The notes under the pieces are model-generated. The model did not search any database. It was not told the DNA's origin and worked only from the letters and a program-made list of their open reading frames with translations. The translations under genes were made by a program, and so were the position numbers. Of a stretch of DNA of 64,000 nucleotides, positions 27,342-41,445 are shown one piece after another. Within the stretch, counting starts at the first letter, position 1. The number at the start of each line of letters is the position of its first letter. Source of the DNA: Octopus vulgaris (Eukaryota); contig OX597814.1 in NCBI GenBank assembly GCA_951406725.2, positions 7,502,001 through 7,566,000 on the forward strand, read 5' to 3'.

Positions 27342-29563
27342 TCATTCTTCAAATAAGTTTATTGTTTGGATCATTTTATCTAACATGGTTATTGTTAACC
27401 TACGATCTGCATTTACTATAGACAAAAATTTAGGTATCATAGACGTCATCAATATCAAAGTAATCTTTGTGAATGCTGATAAGTTCAATTCTTCTCGTCT
27501 TATTATATTGTTGCAAGCAAAGAAAAAGATTACGATTAGAAACAATTTTACAATGGATTTACCAATTTCGTATCTCAATGGAAAATGATGGTAAATAATT
27601 GTCTTGAACAAACTGGCATCTATGAATTCTTCCCCATATTTTGACTGAACTAAATTTGGACGAAGACTTTGGTGAGCTTTATGGATTCAAGCAGAATGAA
27701 GTCATACTGTTTCTGAATAGCTTTTATAATTGCAGTACCATAGAGAAGAAACATGGAAACAAACCATATATCACCAACAGTATCAGGCTTAGCAAGTACT
27801 GCAACAGTTATTGAAAATACATACTCGCAAAGGATACCAAAACTTACTGCAAATATATAGATTGAATAAATTCCCCATACTATAAAACATAGAAACGATA
27901 TGAATGTTAAAATGAAAGCAATAATCTTGAAAATATAGTTAGGATTCAAATACAGGGAGTAAATATAAACTCTGAAATAACTTAATGGTAAAGTTAAAAT
28001 CAGATAAACAAATGGGATTCCATAATAAACGAGGCATAGAAATAATTCGCAGACAGAAAATACAGCAAATAAAATTGTAATGGAAACAAAGAGCCAAAGC
28101 GTAAGGAATCGCCAGAAAATATTTCTCCTGTAGTAATATAACCAAATTTTCTTTATACGATTAATCCAAGTATAAATTATTAAATACCAGAAATTTGGGT
28201 TTAAAGCAGTAGAAATATTAGCTTTCATTACTGCATAGAGTAGATCATAATCCTGTAGTGTAGAAACATTAAAACTGCCATACTTCTCTAATAATCTCTT
28301 ATTTTGAATGAGAAACGTGAAAGTGGATCTTTGATGTAATGTATTATAAGCGATAGTCTCACTTGTTCGACTGGGAAGAACAAAGAGAATAAAGCTGAAA
28401 AATATGTAGACCGTGAACCACAAAAACGGACCCCCCATGAAGTCATCTGTATTGTCGTAACTTTCTGTTATTCCTAATATTAGGGCGCGATAGCCCAATG
28501 GGATACCATCTTGGTAAAGAATTTCTATTGTTTCATATAAAAAGAAGTAATGCATCAAAAGATCCAGAAAGATTACTGAAAGAGAAAATAGAATACAAAG
28601 GAATCTTCTTAGTCTTGAGGCAAAGAAAGAGGAATTGTGGAAACAAAATACCCAAGACAGAAAATGTGAGAATGTGTAAATATTATGTTTTACATTGATC
28701 CACTCGGATTTGTATGGTAATGTGTTTTTAATTGTAAATATGAATTCATCGTGAGCAAACAGTGGCAGATTGAGTTGACGGGAATGTGAAGGTACTTTCG
28801 CTTTTGATACGAAACTAATGAGTAATGGTGATATAGCCCACAAAACGGCTCCGGCGATACGTGCTAAATTCTGAAACATAGCATTCTCAATAATTTTTCC
28901 TGAACAAATAGATTTGGAGTGATAAAAATAGCTTCCATTTTTATAGAGTTTACAGCAATAGTTCTTCAACAGTTCTCGATTATTACCAATTCTTTTGTTG
29001 GCTTCAAATGTGCCAGGGCTGTTCTTCTTCATGTCTTGAGACAAATTTATATAAAAACACATGTATCCAGATTCTCCCATTTGCAATTTGTCCATAAATA
29101 TGATTCTTTTCAATGCGTCGAATATCAAATATATTAAATCGTGTCTCTGAATATTTTGTTTTCCACAAGTGATATTGATATCAATCCTTTGTTTAGCAAC
29201 GTAGACGTCCAACATATTAAAAGTATGCATTGAAAAATCATAGGGGAAAGTTTTATATAGAGTTAAAGCGCCTGATTTAACTGGAATCCACGTAAAACTC
29301 CTCGCATTCGCAAAATAATCCAATGGCACAGGATTAAGAAGTTCATCAAGTGTCTTGTTTGATAAATGGACTTCAAAATTGAAAACCTCTTTTTCTAATT
29401 TCACTAAACGAGATAAAATCTCACCGATATTGGGAGGGATTTTAACTTCACAATCATTGCCGAGTTCCTTCGCATCGATGTTTAGTGATGTCAGTGTGAT
29501 AATAAGAATGATTGAAAGAATAAGAGAACTGGTTGCTGTTGTTGTCGTCTGCACGGCAGCCAT
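27342..29563 (-). CDS. Uncharacterised signal-peptide, multi-pass membrane protein (about 740 aa after repairing a 1-nt frameshift at about 27668-27670; 637 aa as assembled)
   Basis: 1.9-kb stop-free non-repetitive ORF in AT-rich DNA; hydrophobic N-terminal signal (..LNIDA/KE); Cys-containing ectodomain; roughly 8-10 hydrophobic segments; polypyrimidine-CAG acceptor (minus strand, 29574-29590) 10 nt upstream of the ATG. ORF 27342-27611 continues the protein in the adjacent frame. Confidence 0.85.
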
Positions 29564-29949
29564 ATTTGGTTATCTGTAAAAATATGAAAAAACAGAGCAT
29601 ATTAAGTAATGAAGATTCAACTCCGTTTCTTTATTTCATAGACATTTGCACTGTTACGAAATAATCATAAGTGTTGTGGTCAATGTATCTGAGAAATCAA
29701 TGCATTTTGCTGTTGCCGACTACCTCTTTTATGGTTAAACATATCCCCGTTTCAAGGTCGATATTTTCTATTCAACGGTTGCAGGATATTTTCTATTGCA
29801 TTCGATACTACCTAGTTTATTAAAATTAGCATCATAACTGAATCAAGTTATATTTGAACTGAAAATACGGAGGTTTGAATGTAGATGGTAAAGATATATG
29901 AAATGAGTATGAATTTCATTTCAAAACAGATTCAAAATGGAACGCTAAG

Positions 29950-30825
29950 AAATGACCATGTATGAGTACGTTTCTAGTAGACCTGAAGATGATAGTAACA
30001 CAGAGATGAAACGAAGCCCTTTTGGACTCATGACCGATACATCACACTAGGCTTCGAAAGGTACGCATTTACAGTCCAAGAACGGGAGATTGCTACTAAA
30101 TACCTAATCAATAAAAGAGACATTGAAGCCATTGGCGTTCTAAGGGGCAGCTGAAAATATAGATGAATCATCGTCATCATCATCATCGTCGTCGCCGTCA
30201 TCATCATCCTTGTTATCTGCATCATAATCGTCATCATTTCACGTCTGCTTTTCATGCTGGCATGGTTTGGACGGTTTGACAGGAGCTGGCTAGGCAAAAG
30301 CCTGCACAAGGCTTCAGTGTATATTTTAGCATGGATTTTAGGGCTGGATGCTTTTCCTAACCAACAGGCCGGAAGAGTGTCTTTTACGTGGCCCCAGCAC
30401 AGAGTAGGTCAGTTTTGGCATGATTTTTACAGCTGGATGCCCTTCGAAAATACCAACCACTTTACAGTGTGGATTGGTCGCTCTTTACCTGGCACCAACA
30501 TTTGCAGGGTCACCAAGTAATTTGCAAGACAAATATTCTTTCAGACGGGGAGGGAGCATTGGAAGAAGTGATGTTGTGCCAGATGAAGAGAGGTTGGTGT
30601 GACAGAAACAGGTGTGCATTCATGCTAAGGTAAGCGTAACAAGTCAGATATTGTTGTCTGGGACAGAAAAGAAAAAGAATGTACCGTCGTACAGATCGGT
30701 TGCCCTGCTGATGGGAATATCTCTTTGAAAATCAAAAACAAAGAAGCTAATTATGGACAAATGCATTGTAACTTCCAGCTTCTATATCCAGATTACGAAT
30801 TTGCATTCATACGAATAATAATCCT
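29950..30825 (+). mobile_element. RLE LINE fragments interrupted by an RTE-tail-type repeat (about 30168-30615)
   Basis: GYAFTVQEREIATKYLINKRD and SDIVVWDRKEKECTVVQIGCPAD are homologous to 7500-7980; the inserted repeat starts with (CAT)n..ACGTCTGCTTTTCATGCTGGCATGG. Confidence 0.7.
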
Positions 30826-30889
30826 TTCTACATTAGGCCTGAAATATTTGCGGGAGGAGCACCTCGATTACATCGAAAGAGATACTTGA

Positions 30890-32714
30890 ATACACAAAAA
30901 GCTCAGCCAAGAATTAAGAATTAGTTAGAATGTTTTAGAAAAATGCAAGATACTGTGCAATAACGCAGCCCTGTTGAAATGTTTGAGGAAATGCAAACAC
31001 TAGAAATATATGACTACACAGCGAAAGAAAACGTTCGATATTCTGCGGCCCGGAAGGATTAAAATCGAAACCTTTTCTGTAGATGAATGAAACAGTTCTT
31101 GGAGTTCTAATATATTCCAGTTATCTTAGGTTACCCCTCACAAGAAACCACTGGTCAAGTGACGAAGATCTGGGTGTACCATTAATCAAAACTGCTATTA
31201 CAAGAAATCCACTCCAGCATCTTTAAAGCACCATTCACTTCAGAATAACGAAAATTGGGAGGAGAATAGAGATGATAATGGTTACGTACGTCGTTCTATC
31301 TTTACCATGATTCAGAATTCCTTCAAGAGATTCGAAATTTGTGAAAAGAGTCTGTCAGTCGATGTAATAATGGTCAACTACTATGGGGGCATAATTCACT
31401 CAAACAATTTATAAAAGGGAAACCCATAAGATTTCGTTAAAAGTTTTGGGCATTGTGCGGTGTTTCAGGATTTTGTTACAACTTTGATCTGTATTGAGGC
31501 AAGAGAATTAAAAAAGGACCCGAAGACGATCTTTCACTTGGAAGGAAAGTTTCTTGGAGTGGTAGATGATCCTCGGTCACATTCCGTATATTTTGATAAT
31601 ATATTCACAAAGTATGATCTGTTAGTACACCTCGGGCAAATGGGATTTGATGCAACCGCTATGAGAGATAATTGTCTCAAGAGATGTCCTCTAAAGGAAA
31701 GAGCATTGATGAGAAAGGAGCCAAGATGTTCATATGATTATAGATTTGAAATCAATGATGAAATCTTTGTAGTTAGTTGGCTTGACACTAAATGTTTGAG
31801 AATTGTGACTAATCCTGATTCAGTCGAACCCATTTGCAATGTACAACGCTAGAGTAAAGGAAGTAAAAGCAAAGGCAATGTGACCCGACCCCATGTTTGC
31901 GGCTCATATAACAATTGCATGGGTGGAGTTGACAAGCCCGACTGGTTGGTGTCAAAATGTGCAACCTCAATTAGACGCATAAAGTGGTGCAGACCATTGT
32001 TGGCTAGAGTTATTGATAGGACTGTTGTCAATGCATGGACTATTTACAAACTGATCAACGAGGGAAAGGAGGAAACATAAATATTTACTCGATTTCAGGA
32101 GATATCTATGCGTTTCATATCTAAAGCTCTCCACTGCTAAGCAATCTGAACAATAAACAAAGACGATCACACCATCCACACCAATTGCTGACGTTCAATT
32201 TGATTTGAAAGGCCATATAATAGCTAAACGAGATCAGCAACGACGTTGTCAAAATAAGTCGTACAACAGGAAACCACTAAATTATTGTGAAAAGAGCAAC
32301 GTCACCCTGAGTCTACACTGTTTTGGCCCATTTCCTCAAGGCATAGTCTTATAAATTGATTTTCTTCAATCTTGTTTTTTTGTATGATTTTTATTTCAAT
32401 CTTTAATTGTATCGTATTTATTGTATTTCAGTCTATTATTTCGCTGTATTCTTTCAAAAACTTTAGCCATTTTACATACAAATTTTAATACCAATAGAAT
32501 ATATTAACAGATAACATATGAGGGATTTTGAATTTATGAAAGTATCACATTGAGCCAGGGTCCTCTTTATGGAAAACCCGTGTATTTCCATTTCTACTTG
32601 AAGTAAAGCAGTTTTTATAATTGATTTTTATTATCTTACCCTTTTTTTCAATAATCTTTGAAAATTTAAAAGTAATATTCAAACATTTCAGTACTCTGGG
32701 ACTTAATGGGTTAA
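30890..32714 (+). mobile_element. piggyBac (PGBD3-like) transposon fossil
   Basis: WSSDEDLGVP, LSVDVIMV, KQFIKGKPIRF, VYFDNIFT and YNNCMGGVDKPD motifs; right end ..AATGGG|TTAA at 32705-32714; left TIR not found; many stops. Confidence 0.85.
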
Positions 32715-33229
32715 ATTTACAAAAAACAGAAGAGAGAGAAACATATATAAAGACGGAAACGTGGTTGAGGGATTTTTAGTTAAGGCGGTATTTATTTTCT
32801 TCGTTTCAGAAGGAAAGATATCGTTAGGACGAACGACCAAGTTGTGGAGAGTTGGGATGTTGCTTTTCTTTGTGTGATTGTGAAGACAGACAAGGAAATC
32901 CAGTTGTGAAGTGAACAGGTCATCTCTAAGCTAGGCCATTCTTTCAATGTTCTCTGCATGTGATTTCCTCAGGACTATATGTGGCAGTTTATAGCGTTGT
33001 CTGTTCTCTGGCGCTCTGTCTTGGGTGCTTGAGATGTGGTGCTTTTATAGCCACGTACATACAAAGAAAAACACCCTGTTGATGTTCTTGAAATTCCATT
33101 GAATAGCCTTGAATCTAGGTTACAAACCGGTTCTTTCTCCATTGGCAAGGAATCTTGAAATAAAACTGAATAATGACATACATAAACACAAACATATATG
33201 CATACATACATACATACATACATACATAC

Positions 33230-34630
33230 ATACATACAAACATACATACAGACAGACAGACAGGCTGGCTCGAAGTGACACGTCGTGTATTTAGTATGGA
33301 AGACTATTTATGGAAGATACGATGAATACTATCTCCATCTTTGAAGCCCTGTTAAATAACTGGTTAATCTTTAGAAGAATTAACTGAAGGAGCCTTTTAT
33401 TAACGATCGTATTGATTTTCGGCTGAAACTTGAATTTAGCATGCAGAGATTTACTACAAACAACATGGCTGGACACAACATCAACAACAACACAACCAAG
33501 GAACAGAACAAAAACAACAGCTCAACAGATAAACAGATTCTTTCTAGCTCTAGTTAGAGAAGAAACCGTAACCATAAAACTCATTTTGTTTTCTTGGATT
33601 TATGAATTGAGGACAGATTTATTAATTGTTATAGAAGAGCTAAACAAAACCCCGTCATTGGATGTTTGATCAGATTGGAACCATACATGGACGATCCGCA
33701 TCCACAACTAAATCATTTTACTGCGAAACAATAACGCTAACAAGCAACGTTTGTGGGACATATTAATTGTTATAGAAAATTGAAAATAGGACACTCAATT
33801 ACGAACTGATCTCTCTCAAAGAGGCGTTAAAAGCTGTGAGTGGGAAACCCCGAAATCAGAAGAGAATAAACAAAACAAATTCAGTAAACAAAATATTTTA
33901 TGAGAACCAGGCAGCAGTATACAGAGATATTGAGAGGATGAGTAGTGAACATCACAGAAACTTCTTCACGAGAAGACATAGACTTTTCTGGATGAAAAGG
34001 TGTTAAGCAACAAAAATAACAATAACAAACAGAAAAGGAAAGGGAACAGCATTTATAGGGATTCCAACCCCAGAGAAAAAAGAAAACCCGATTGATTCAT
34101 GGTTTATCCTCAGACAGACACCTTGTCTCACTGTGAACACCTCCAAAGAAAACAAAATACTAAAAATAACAGCCAAATATCTCTCAAATCATTCCTTCAA
34201 TTCTTAGAAAGGAAATACCTTGGTGGACAATGCATATGAATAGAGAGGGTGGTGGTCAAGGTTAGAATGACTTGTATCATAGATTTACTCCCGCAACACT
34301 GACATGTTGCTAAACCAAGGAAATAATCATTCTCTTACCTTTTGCGAGTCTCTCGATTTCAATGATATACGTACAACAAATACTGGGAAACAAAAAGTAA
34401 GCCAATTTCTTAAAAGCATCGATAATATTTCTCAACCAACAAAACAACCTTCTTCTGTGCTTTCCTGATCAAAACAGAACCCAAGTTGTGGTAGACAGAG
34501 TGTATTGTCAGAACTATGCCTGAATAGGTGTAAACTATTTCCTGTGCGTGTGAAATATATAAATATATGTATAAAATTGTAAATATATATCTGTAAAGAA
34601 TATGTTAACATCATTCATGCGGATAACCCA
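33230..34630. repeat. Right copy of inverted segmental duplication (partner 4931-6860)
   Basis: Reverse-complement match; ORFs 33291-33476(-) and 6613-6798(+) give near-identical peptides. Confidence 0.9.
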
Positions 34631-34648
34631 ATTTTATTCATGCATGCA

Positions 34649-35270
34649 CAGTAACCTGAGAAGCTTTAGTCACCCCTGCACATTTAAATAGGCTTATTAC
34701 TTTTAGTAAATTGGATTTTCCAAAATGTTATTTTTAACACTAGAAATCTCAAACAATCTTGTCTCGTGTAAGCATTTCTCTTGACAGTCATGTCCAAATT
34801 CATCTTCAGATGCCAAATAAAAATGACAAAGAAGAAGCATGAGAAACGAGCTCAGATTGAAATTTGGTAAAAGAATGGAGAAATGTGTGAGTAAGACAGC
34901 AGCTGATTGGTCTGTAACTCCATCAACTGTTTCAAGAATTCAGAAAAGAATGGAAGAAGGTTCATAAAGAAGGCTTCACCTAGAAGAAGTAGCCGAGAAT
35001 GTTCCCTGATATCAAACTCAGCCAACCTAAAGTTAATACATCAGGAATTATGATGCTGGATTCTCTGTACACAGTAAATGTATGGGATAGTCACGGGAGG
35101 AATGTCTCTTATGAAAGACCAGCTTAATCTGAAGCTAAAGAGAATCAACAATCTTATTAAGATCTCCCATGTATCTGATGCAACTAAATCCATTCACTAA
35201 CAGCTTATCTCCTTCTAATCATTATCACTACCGACTGATGCGTTCGCAAAATATGCCACACTGTGAAGAA
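34649..35270 (+). mobile_element. Tc1-family transposon fossil (paralog of 4278-4845)
   Basis: TIR-like CAGTAACCTGAGAAGCTTTAGTCACCCCTG; 34770-34955 matches the reverse complement of 4525-4715. Confidence 0.65.
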
Positions 35271-35274
35271 TCTT

Positions 35275-35305
<31 letters not shown>

Positions 35306-35603
35306 ATATGGATACAAATTACATATATAAATATATAACCTTTCAAGTTTATATATTATATATATTTTGTAATTTAATTTGGATGCGAAATGAAACAATT
35401 GTAGGTGAAGAGGTTAATTAATTAATTAATAAGTTTGTGTCCATTGGATTTTTCCGTTTTCAAATTTGATAATAATTTTTGATGTTTTATGATATTTTAT
35501 ATAATATATTCATTGAGGAAATATCTCTGCAAAATTCAGTCTATTAAACCAGTGTGTCTTGGATAAAAATATCCTTACATGAGGTCTAAATGTCCTCATA
35601 GTA

Positions 35604-35606
<3 letters not shown>

Positions 35607-35655
<49 letters not shown>

Positions 35656-35681
35656 AGTGTGTGTGTGTGTGTGTGTTTGTT

Positions 35682-35767
<86 letters not shown>

Positions 35768-36030
35768 TTCTCTGACTGTTGTCAGTCATTTGACTGCAGC
35801 CACATTTGAGTACCGACTTAAAAGGGGTTTATTTGAAGAAATTGACCCCCAGACTTATTTTTTGTAATCCTAATACTTTTTCAATTGGTCTCTTTCGCCG
35901 AAGCGCTAATGTAACAGGGACGTAAACACGCCAACATCGGTTGTCAAGCGATTGTAGGGAACACACACGGACACAAAGCAGTCACACGTTGATACATACA
36001 TACACACATACGATGAGCGGCTTTCAGCTT
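35607..36030 (-). mobile_element. (GT)n tract plus SINE 3' half
   Basis: Colinear with 3800-4110. Confidence 0.75.
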
Positions 36031-36387
36031 AAAAACAGAGAAGCAATTATTACTATTACAATTAAAGTAATTAAAGTAATTGCGGTGTTTAAAAAGATGA
36101 AAGAGTGAATTTCAAAAGGACGTTCGAGAGGCCAGAGTGTAGGGGAGATAACTGAGCAGCGACAGAGATGAGTAAAACCATAACAATTTGGAGGGATGTG
36201 TTGGTTCTACATGTGCAAAAAGAAAGGGCACACATATAAATATAGGCACACATTGTATATATATGTATGCGAACATACATATATACGCAGATACACACGT
36301 TCATATTACTATACGTGTCCCTAGAAGCATATAATAAATCACACACACACACACACGCACAGATAAATAGATATATATATAGATATG

Positions 36388-39300
36388 TTTCTTTATTAGC
36401 CACACAGGGCTGCACACAGATAGAACAAATTACAAGGTAGAGCTTTTCTTTTGAAGGTTAAAAAAAAAGGAGGGGGGAGTTTCGACCAAAAGGGATCGTA
36501 AAAGGAGTAGAAAGAGGACAAAAAAAGGGGGTTAAAAAAAGGGGGAGAGGAAAAAAAATGATCAATAGGGATCGTTATCACAGAAATGTCAATATGAAGT
36601 GTAAAGGGGAGGACAGGTGAGGTTTACCCGTGGAAAGAAAAGCCTACGGAAAAGACCACGGTAACCTCGGTCAATGAAGTCACATGTTATATTTCTTTTT
36701 TTTTTTTTTTTTTTGCAAATAAGCAACTCTCTGTATTAATTTTTATGGTTCATAGAATCATAGTCAAGGTGGCTTCGTCATTCATACGTGCCATCCTTGC
36801 TACATTCACCCATCTTTTTTTAAAACATTCACTAGACAAAACTTGCCTCTCTACTCACTTTCCTCTTCAAGTGATACTTGAAGAAGTTGATGAGAGATTG
36901 ACCAGAGAGGAAAGTGTTTGTCTCTAATCCTTTCAGGCGCGTCCACCAGATACATTCTTTTGCCATAGCCACAAGTATGATAAAAACAGCTCTTCCTTCC
37001 CGTTTGAAGGAAAGAGGCGTGACGATATTAACGATAGACTCGGCTGATAAACCGACACGTCCCACACGTGACAGCAGTCGTTCGACATAAGCCCACAGGT
37101 CGGAAATTGCTGGACACCGTACGATTGCGTGCAGAGCGGTTTCGTCGCTCTGACCGCATCTCGGGCAGGTCTGCCCCGTGTTTCTCGAGCCATGCCTATA
37201 GAGCTTATCGCGAACGGGTAGCGCTTCTGGGTAGCACCGCCAGGCCAGGGATCTCTGGAAGTTGTCCATAGGTCCCGGGTCGAAAGTCGTTTGAAAGAGG
37301 CGGGTCAGGTATTCCTCGTCGACGCCCAGGTTTGACCGAGATCGTCGTCGTACCTCCCCTCCACTAATCCCCTATAGAATGCTTTGGTTGTGTTGAAGTC
37401 ACTCAAGGTCGACCCGGGACGGCAGAGTTGCTTGAGAGCAACGCGATACTCGCGGTGCCATTCGCCCTTCCTCGGCCTCTTTTTGATCCACGACTGCAGT
37501 TCGGTCATGGAGACGAGTTGCGGGAATGCGTGCCTCACAAACGGCGACCACACCTGTTCACCGTCGTCTACATAGAGCCGGAGATGTCGCCTGTCTGCGC
37601 ATCATCAACCACGGCATGCCCAGCCCTCCTTTTAACGGGTGTTGACAGCAAATGGATCGCCTGACCACCGGGACGCATCCTTTCCACAAGAAGCGGAAGA
37701 GAATGCGTTCTAGTTTGGTGATGGTGGGGTCGGGACAAGGTACGACGGTCAGGCGGTAGTAGATGATGGACGCGATGTACGTGTTCGCCGCCTCCGCCCG
37801 ACCTTTTAGGGACAGTTTCCTCTCGGCCCATTGCTGGGCGAGAGTGACCACCCTACTCGTTATCTCGTTCCAGTTCTTCTCCATTTGGAAGTCCGGACCG
37901 AACCAGACCCCGAGCAACTCAACCAGCGTCTGTCCAGCGTCCCACGACGGAGGTACTGGTGGACGACATGGGCTTGCTTCTCCAGGTGCCGAGCCGCAAG
38001 CCCACTGACTTTTCCCGGTTGACTTTTGCTCCTGTCACCGCTTCGTAGTCTTTCAGTGTCTCGCCGACCAGCTCGGTGTGCGCGTGGCTTGACACTATGA
38101 CGGTGACGTCGTCCGCGTATGCAGACACGCTCGTCCCGCATCCCAATTCTCGCGGGATGCCCCTCAGAGTCGCCAGCTTCCGCAGTAGTGGCTCAAGAGT
38201 CAATACGTATAGAAGCGCCGAGAGGGGGCATCCCTGACGGACCGAACATGCAATGTCGAAAGGTCTCGATAGATGTCCATTTACGCGAATTACCGAACGG
38301 ATGCCTCTGTACAAAGCGGCTATCCAGCCGCGGAAGACGGGACCGAAACCAGCCGCTCTCAGGACTGCCTCCAAGTATCGATGGTCTACCCTATCGAAGG
38401 CTTTCGATTGATCCAAGTTGATCAGGGCCCCACCCATGCCAGGTTCGTTAACTACCCTGTCTCATGATGTAGCGCATCAGATGGAGGTTGTCATGGATGC
38501 TCCGGCTCGGCACGGCGCACGTTTGTGCGTTGTCGACCAGTTTTTCGATGACAAGCGCCAACTTCTTGGCTAACACCTTTGTCAAAATTTTCAGGTCTGC
38601 ATTGAGCAGAGTGATTGGTCTAAAGTTATCTATAATGTTCCCCTTGTTTGGATCTTTCTTCAGCAGTGTTACAGCTCCTCAACTCACAAAACCGGGTATG
38701 CTCCTGTTTTGCTGCCAGTTGCAGTATATCGCTGCCAAGACGTCTCCAAACAAGTCTGGCATACAATTGGAAAACTCTTAGGGCAGACCATCCAAACCCG
38801 GCGATTTGTCTCTCGAGCATTCTGCCATCGCGTCCCGCACTTCCGCCGCCGTGATAGCACCTTCGCAGCACTCTGCCTCTCTTGCCGAGAGTCGTGGTAG
38901 GCTGTGCAAGTAGGCACTGAAGTCCACCCTGCGTTCACGCTCACCACTCGTCCTGTACAGTTGGGCAAAGTGCCGCTGAAATGTCTCGTACATCTTGCTG
39001 GGCTCGAGCAATTCGCGCCCTTGTTCATCTACCAGAGACCGAATGGTGGCTTTGTTGCCCTGCTGCGCCTCCGCCACCCGGGCCTCCCTCGCGGCTCCAA
39101 CACCTTCCATCCTTAGAGCACGCATCCTAGCCCTGACAGCACACCCTTCGTGTTTGGCGTTGAAGTGTTGGTCAAGGGCCAACCTTGCTGCCAAAACGTC
39201 GGGTGTGATGCCGCTTCTTATTGCCTCTTCTAACTTCTTAACTAACTCACCCTCTACTCTATTTCTATCTACGGCTAGTACCTTGCTATATCTTATTGCT

Positions 39301-41445
39301 TCCGCTTTTACTGCTCTCTTGAGGGCGAACCACCATTTGTTGTTGACAATGGCTCTCGTTAAAGCCCTTTTTACTAACGTGTTGATTCTGTCTCTGAAAA
39401 CTTGTCTGGACGGGAATGATGCGTTCAGTTTCCAGTAACCAGGACCCTGTCTATGTGCCTTATCTAAGTCTAGCGTACACGTCACGAATTTGTGATCCAT
39501 GTAGCTGACTGTGTGGAATTGTGGACATCCTAAGTTATCCTTGTCTACTGTCCTACGCAGTATCCTATCTAGATACGATCTCGACGACCCACTGCGGTTG
39601 CTCCATGTCCACGTTGGTGCATTTGGGTGTCAGACAGTTGGAAGCGTCTGAGCAGGTCTCTGTGGCATTTGCATCCCCTTCTGTTTTTGTCTTTCCCCAC
39701 ATAGTCTAGATGTGTGTCCAAGGTAGCATTCCAATCCCCCACTAAAAGTAAAGGACGAGACGTTCCCAGGAATACTTCTAGACGTCGAAAGAAATCCGGC
39801 CGACCTGTTAAAGGCAGTGCGTAGACTGATACGAGTCGAAAAGCGCACCCATTGCTGCCGTCGACATCCAGAACGACCAGTCTACCCATCCGGGTCTACG
39901 AATATCGTCTTGACTTCGAGATCCAGGCTCTTGTGAAAAAGTACCGCGGTGCCACTACCGCCCATCCTCGGCAGACAGGGAGCAAAATAAATGTTAAACT
40001 GTCCGCCAAACATGGACTTTAGGGCCCGTGGCTCGTGGAGTCTGGTCTCACTTATGGCAATGATTCCCAAATCGTGTGACTTGATGTCATTTAGGAGGTA
40101 TCCTTGTTTCCAAGGAGACCCCAAGCCACGCGCATTCACACAACCAATCTTGACCATGATTCTATTGGGTGTGTGCTTTAAAACACACAAATGAAAGTAC
40201 AGAGAGTTACTTACTTGTGTCGAAAGTTTTGGCTTCCTCGTTCTTTGATGTGTATTCGAGGAGGTTTCTATATAGTTTTTGGGACAGATATTTCTGGAAC
40301 CCCCCTACAGCATTTGGGAAGAGGGCTTTGAGTTTGTGGTGTTGTGTTTGTGTGATGTGTAGTATTTAGATGTGTTTGGGTGGTGTAGTGCGTGGATGAT
40401 TGCTATTTTTAAAGTCATCTTCACAAATGTTTGTGTATCCTGTGATGTACTCCATTAGTTTGGAGTCTTTTGTGTCTATCGCTGATAGCATTGTTTTTGT
40501 GGTGTTGGTGCTTGTTTTGTTGTGTATGGAGTTTTCAGGGTTCAGGTATCTCCTGCTTTGGTTGCGATTTCTTGTTTGGTTTTTCTTGATCCTTTTCTTT
40601 TACCCCCGGTGGCTATTTGCCATTCTGTCGAACTTTCATCGTTAGATGAAAAGTCTGACGAATCAGCAGGGGGCAAGGGTAAAGCGTCTGGGTGTGTTTG
40701 TGCGGTTGTAGATATTGTTGTGGTGTGCGGGGAGGGTGTTGCTGGGGGGTTTGGTGTGGTGATTGTTTCTCCTACATCCTTGGTGCCTGTCTTCTTCGTT
40801 GTTATTCTCGGTGTTGGAATTGGTTTAGTTGTTGTTGGTGGTGATGATTCTGTTCTTGGCGCTGGTGGTGGTGTTGTTTGGTTGGGTTGGCCTGTTCTTT
40901 GCTGTTTTACATGCATTTCTGCATACAGCTTCTTGATTAGCCGTCCATATTGTGGTGTGGGCAATAATGCTGGCTTTTGTGGTTTTTCCTGTGGCTGTTG
41001 TTGTTGTTGAGATTTAGCGGCAGATTTGCACTCCCTTTTGAGGTGTGCCTCACTTCCACATGTATAGCAGCGTGGCCTTCTGCTCTCGACTACTACGTAC
41101 AACTTGCGGCCATCCGCAAGATGTACGTGGGTGGGAATTTTGTTAATGTCGTCTTGGCTTATGTGGAAGAGAAACTCCATTCTCTTTCCCAGCCAGTCCT
41201 TGTGTTTCGAAACAGCGATATCCAGGATGTTTAAGTCCTCCATTTCGGATGTTATGGCGGATGTTATCCATAGTGTGGTTGTTACTTGGGGGACATTATT
41301 GATAATGACCTTCGTCACCTTCTGGCCAAGGTAACTGGGTGTCATCGTTAGTTCATCGGAATGAAGGATTAGCGTTGAGAATTGCTTTGCCAACTCTTCA
41401 TTCTGAAAAAACCACCAGTACGTTTTGTTGTCAGTTGCAGTAGAC
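36388..41445 (-). mobile_element. Tx1/L1-clade LINE, near full length, frameshifted (ORF1 with CCHC knuckle; ORF2 APE-RT-CCHC)
   Basis: ORF1 CYTCGSEAHLKREC; APE NARGL..ISET..GDWN..DH; RT DQSKAFDRV, QGCPLS, AYADD; C-terminal CPRC..H..C; 3' AATAAA near 36392 followed by a microsatellite. Confidence 0.95.

Noticed and set aside
26851-27345. 164-aa ORF as a further continuation of the membrane protein
   Set aside because: Mostly (AAT)n-derived poly-Ile running into LINE sequence; nothing supports a second frameshift.
31460-32080. Domesticated piggyBac (PGBD) gene
   Set aside because: There are multiple stops and frameshifts throughout the transposase.
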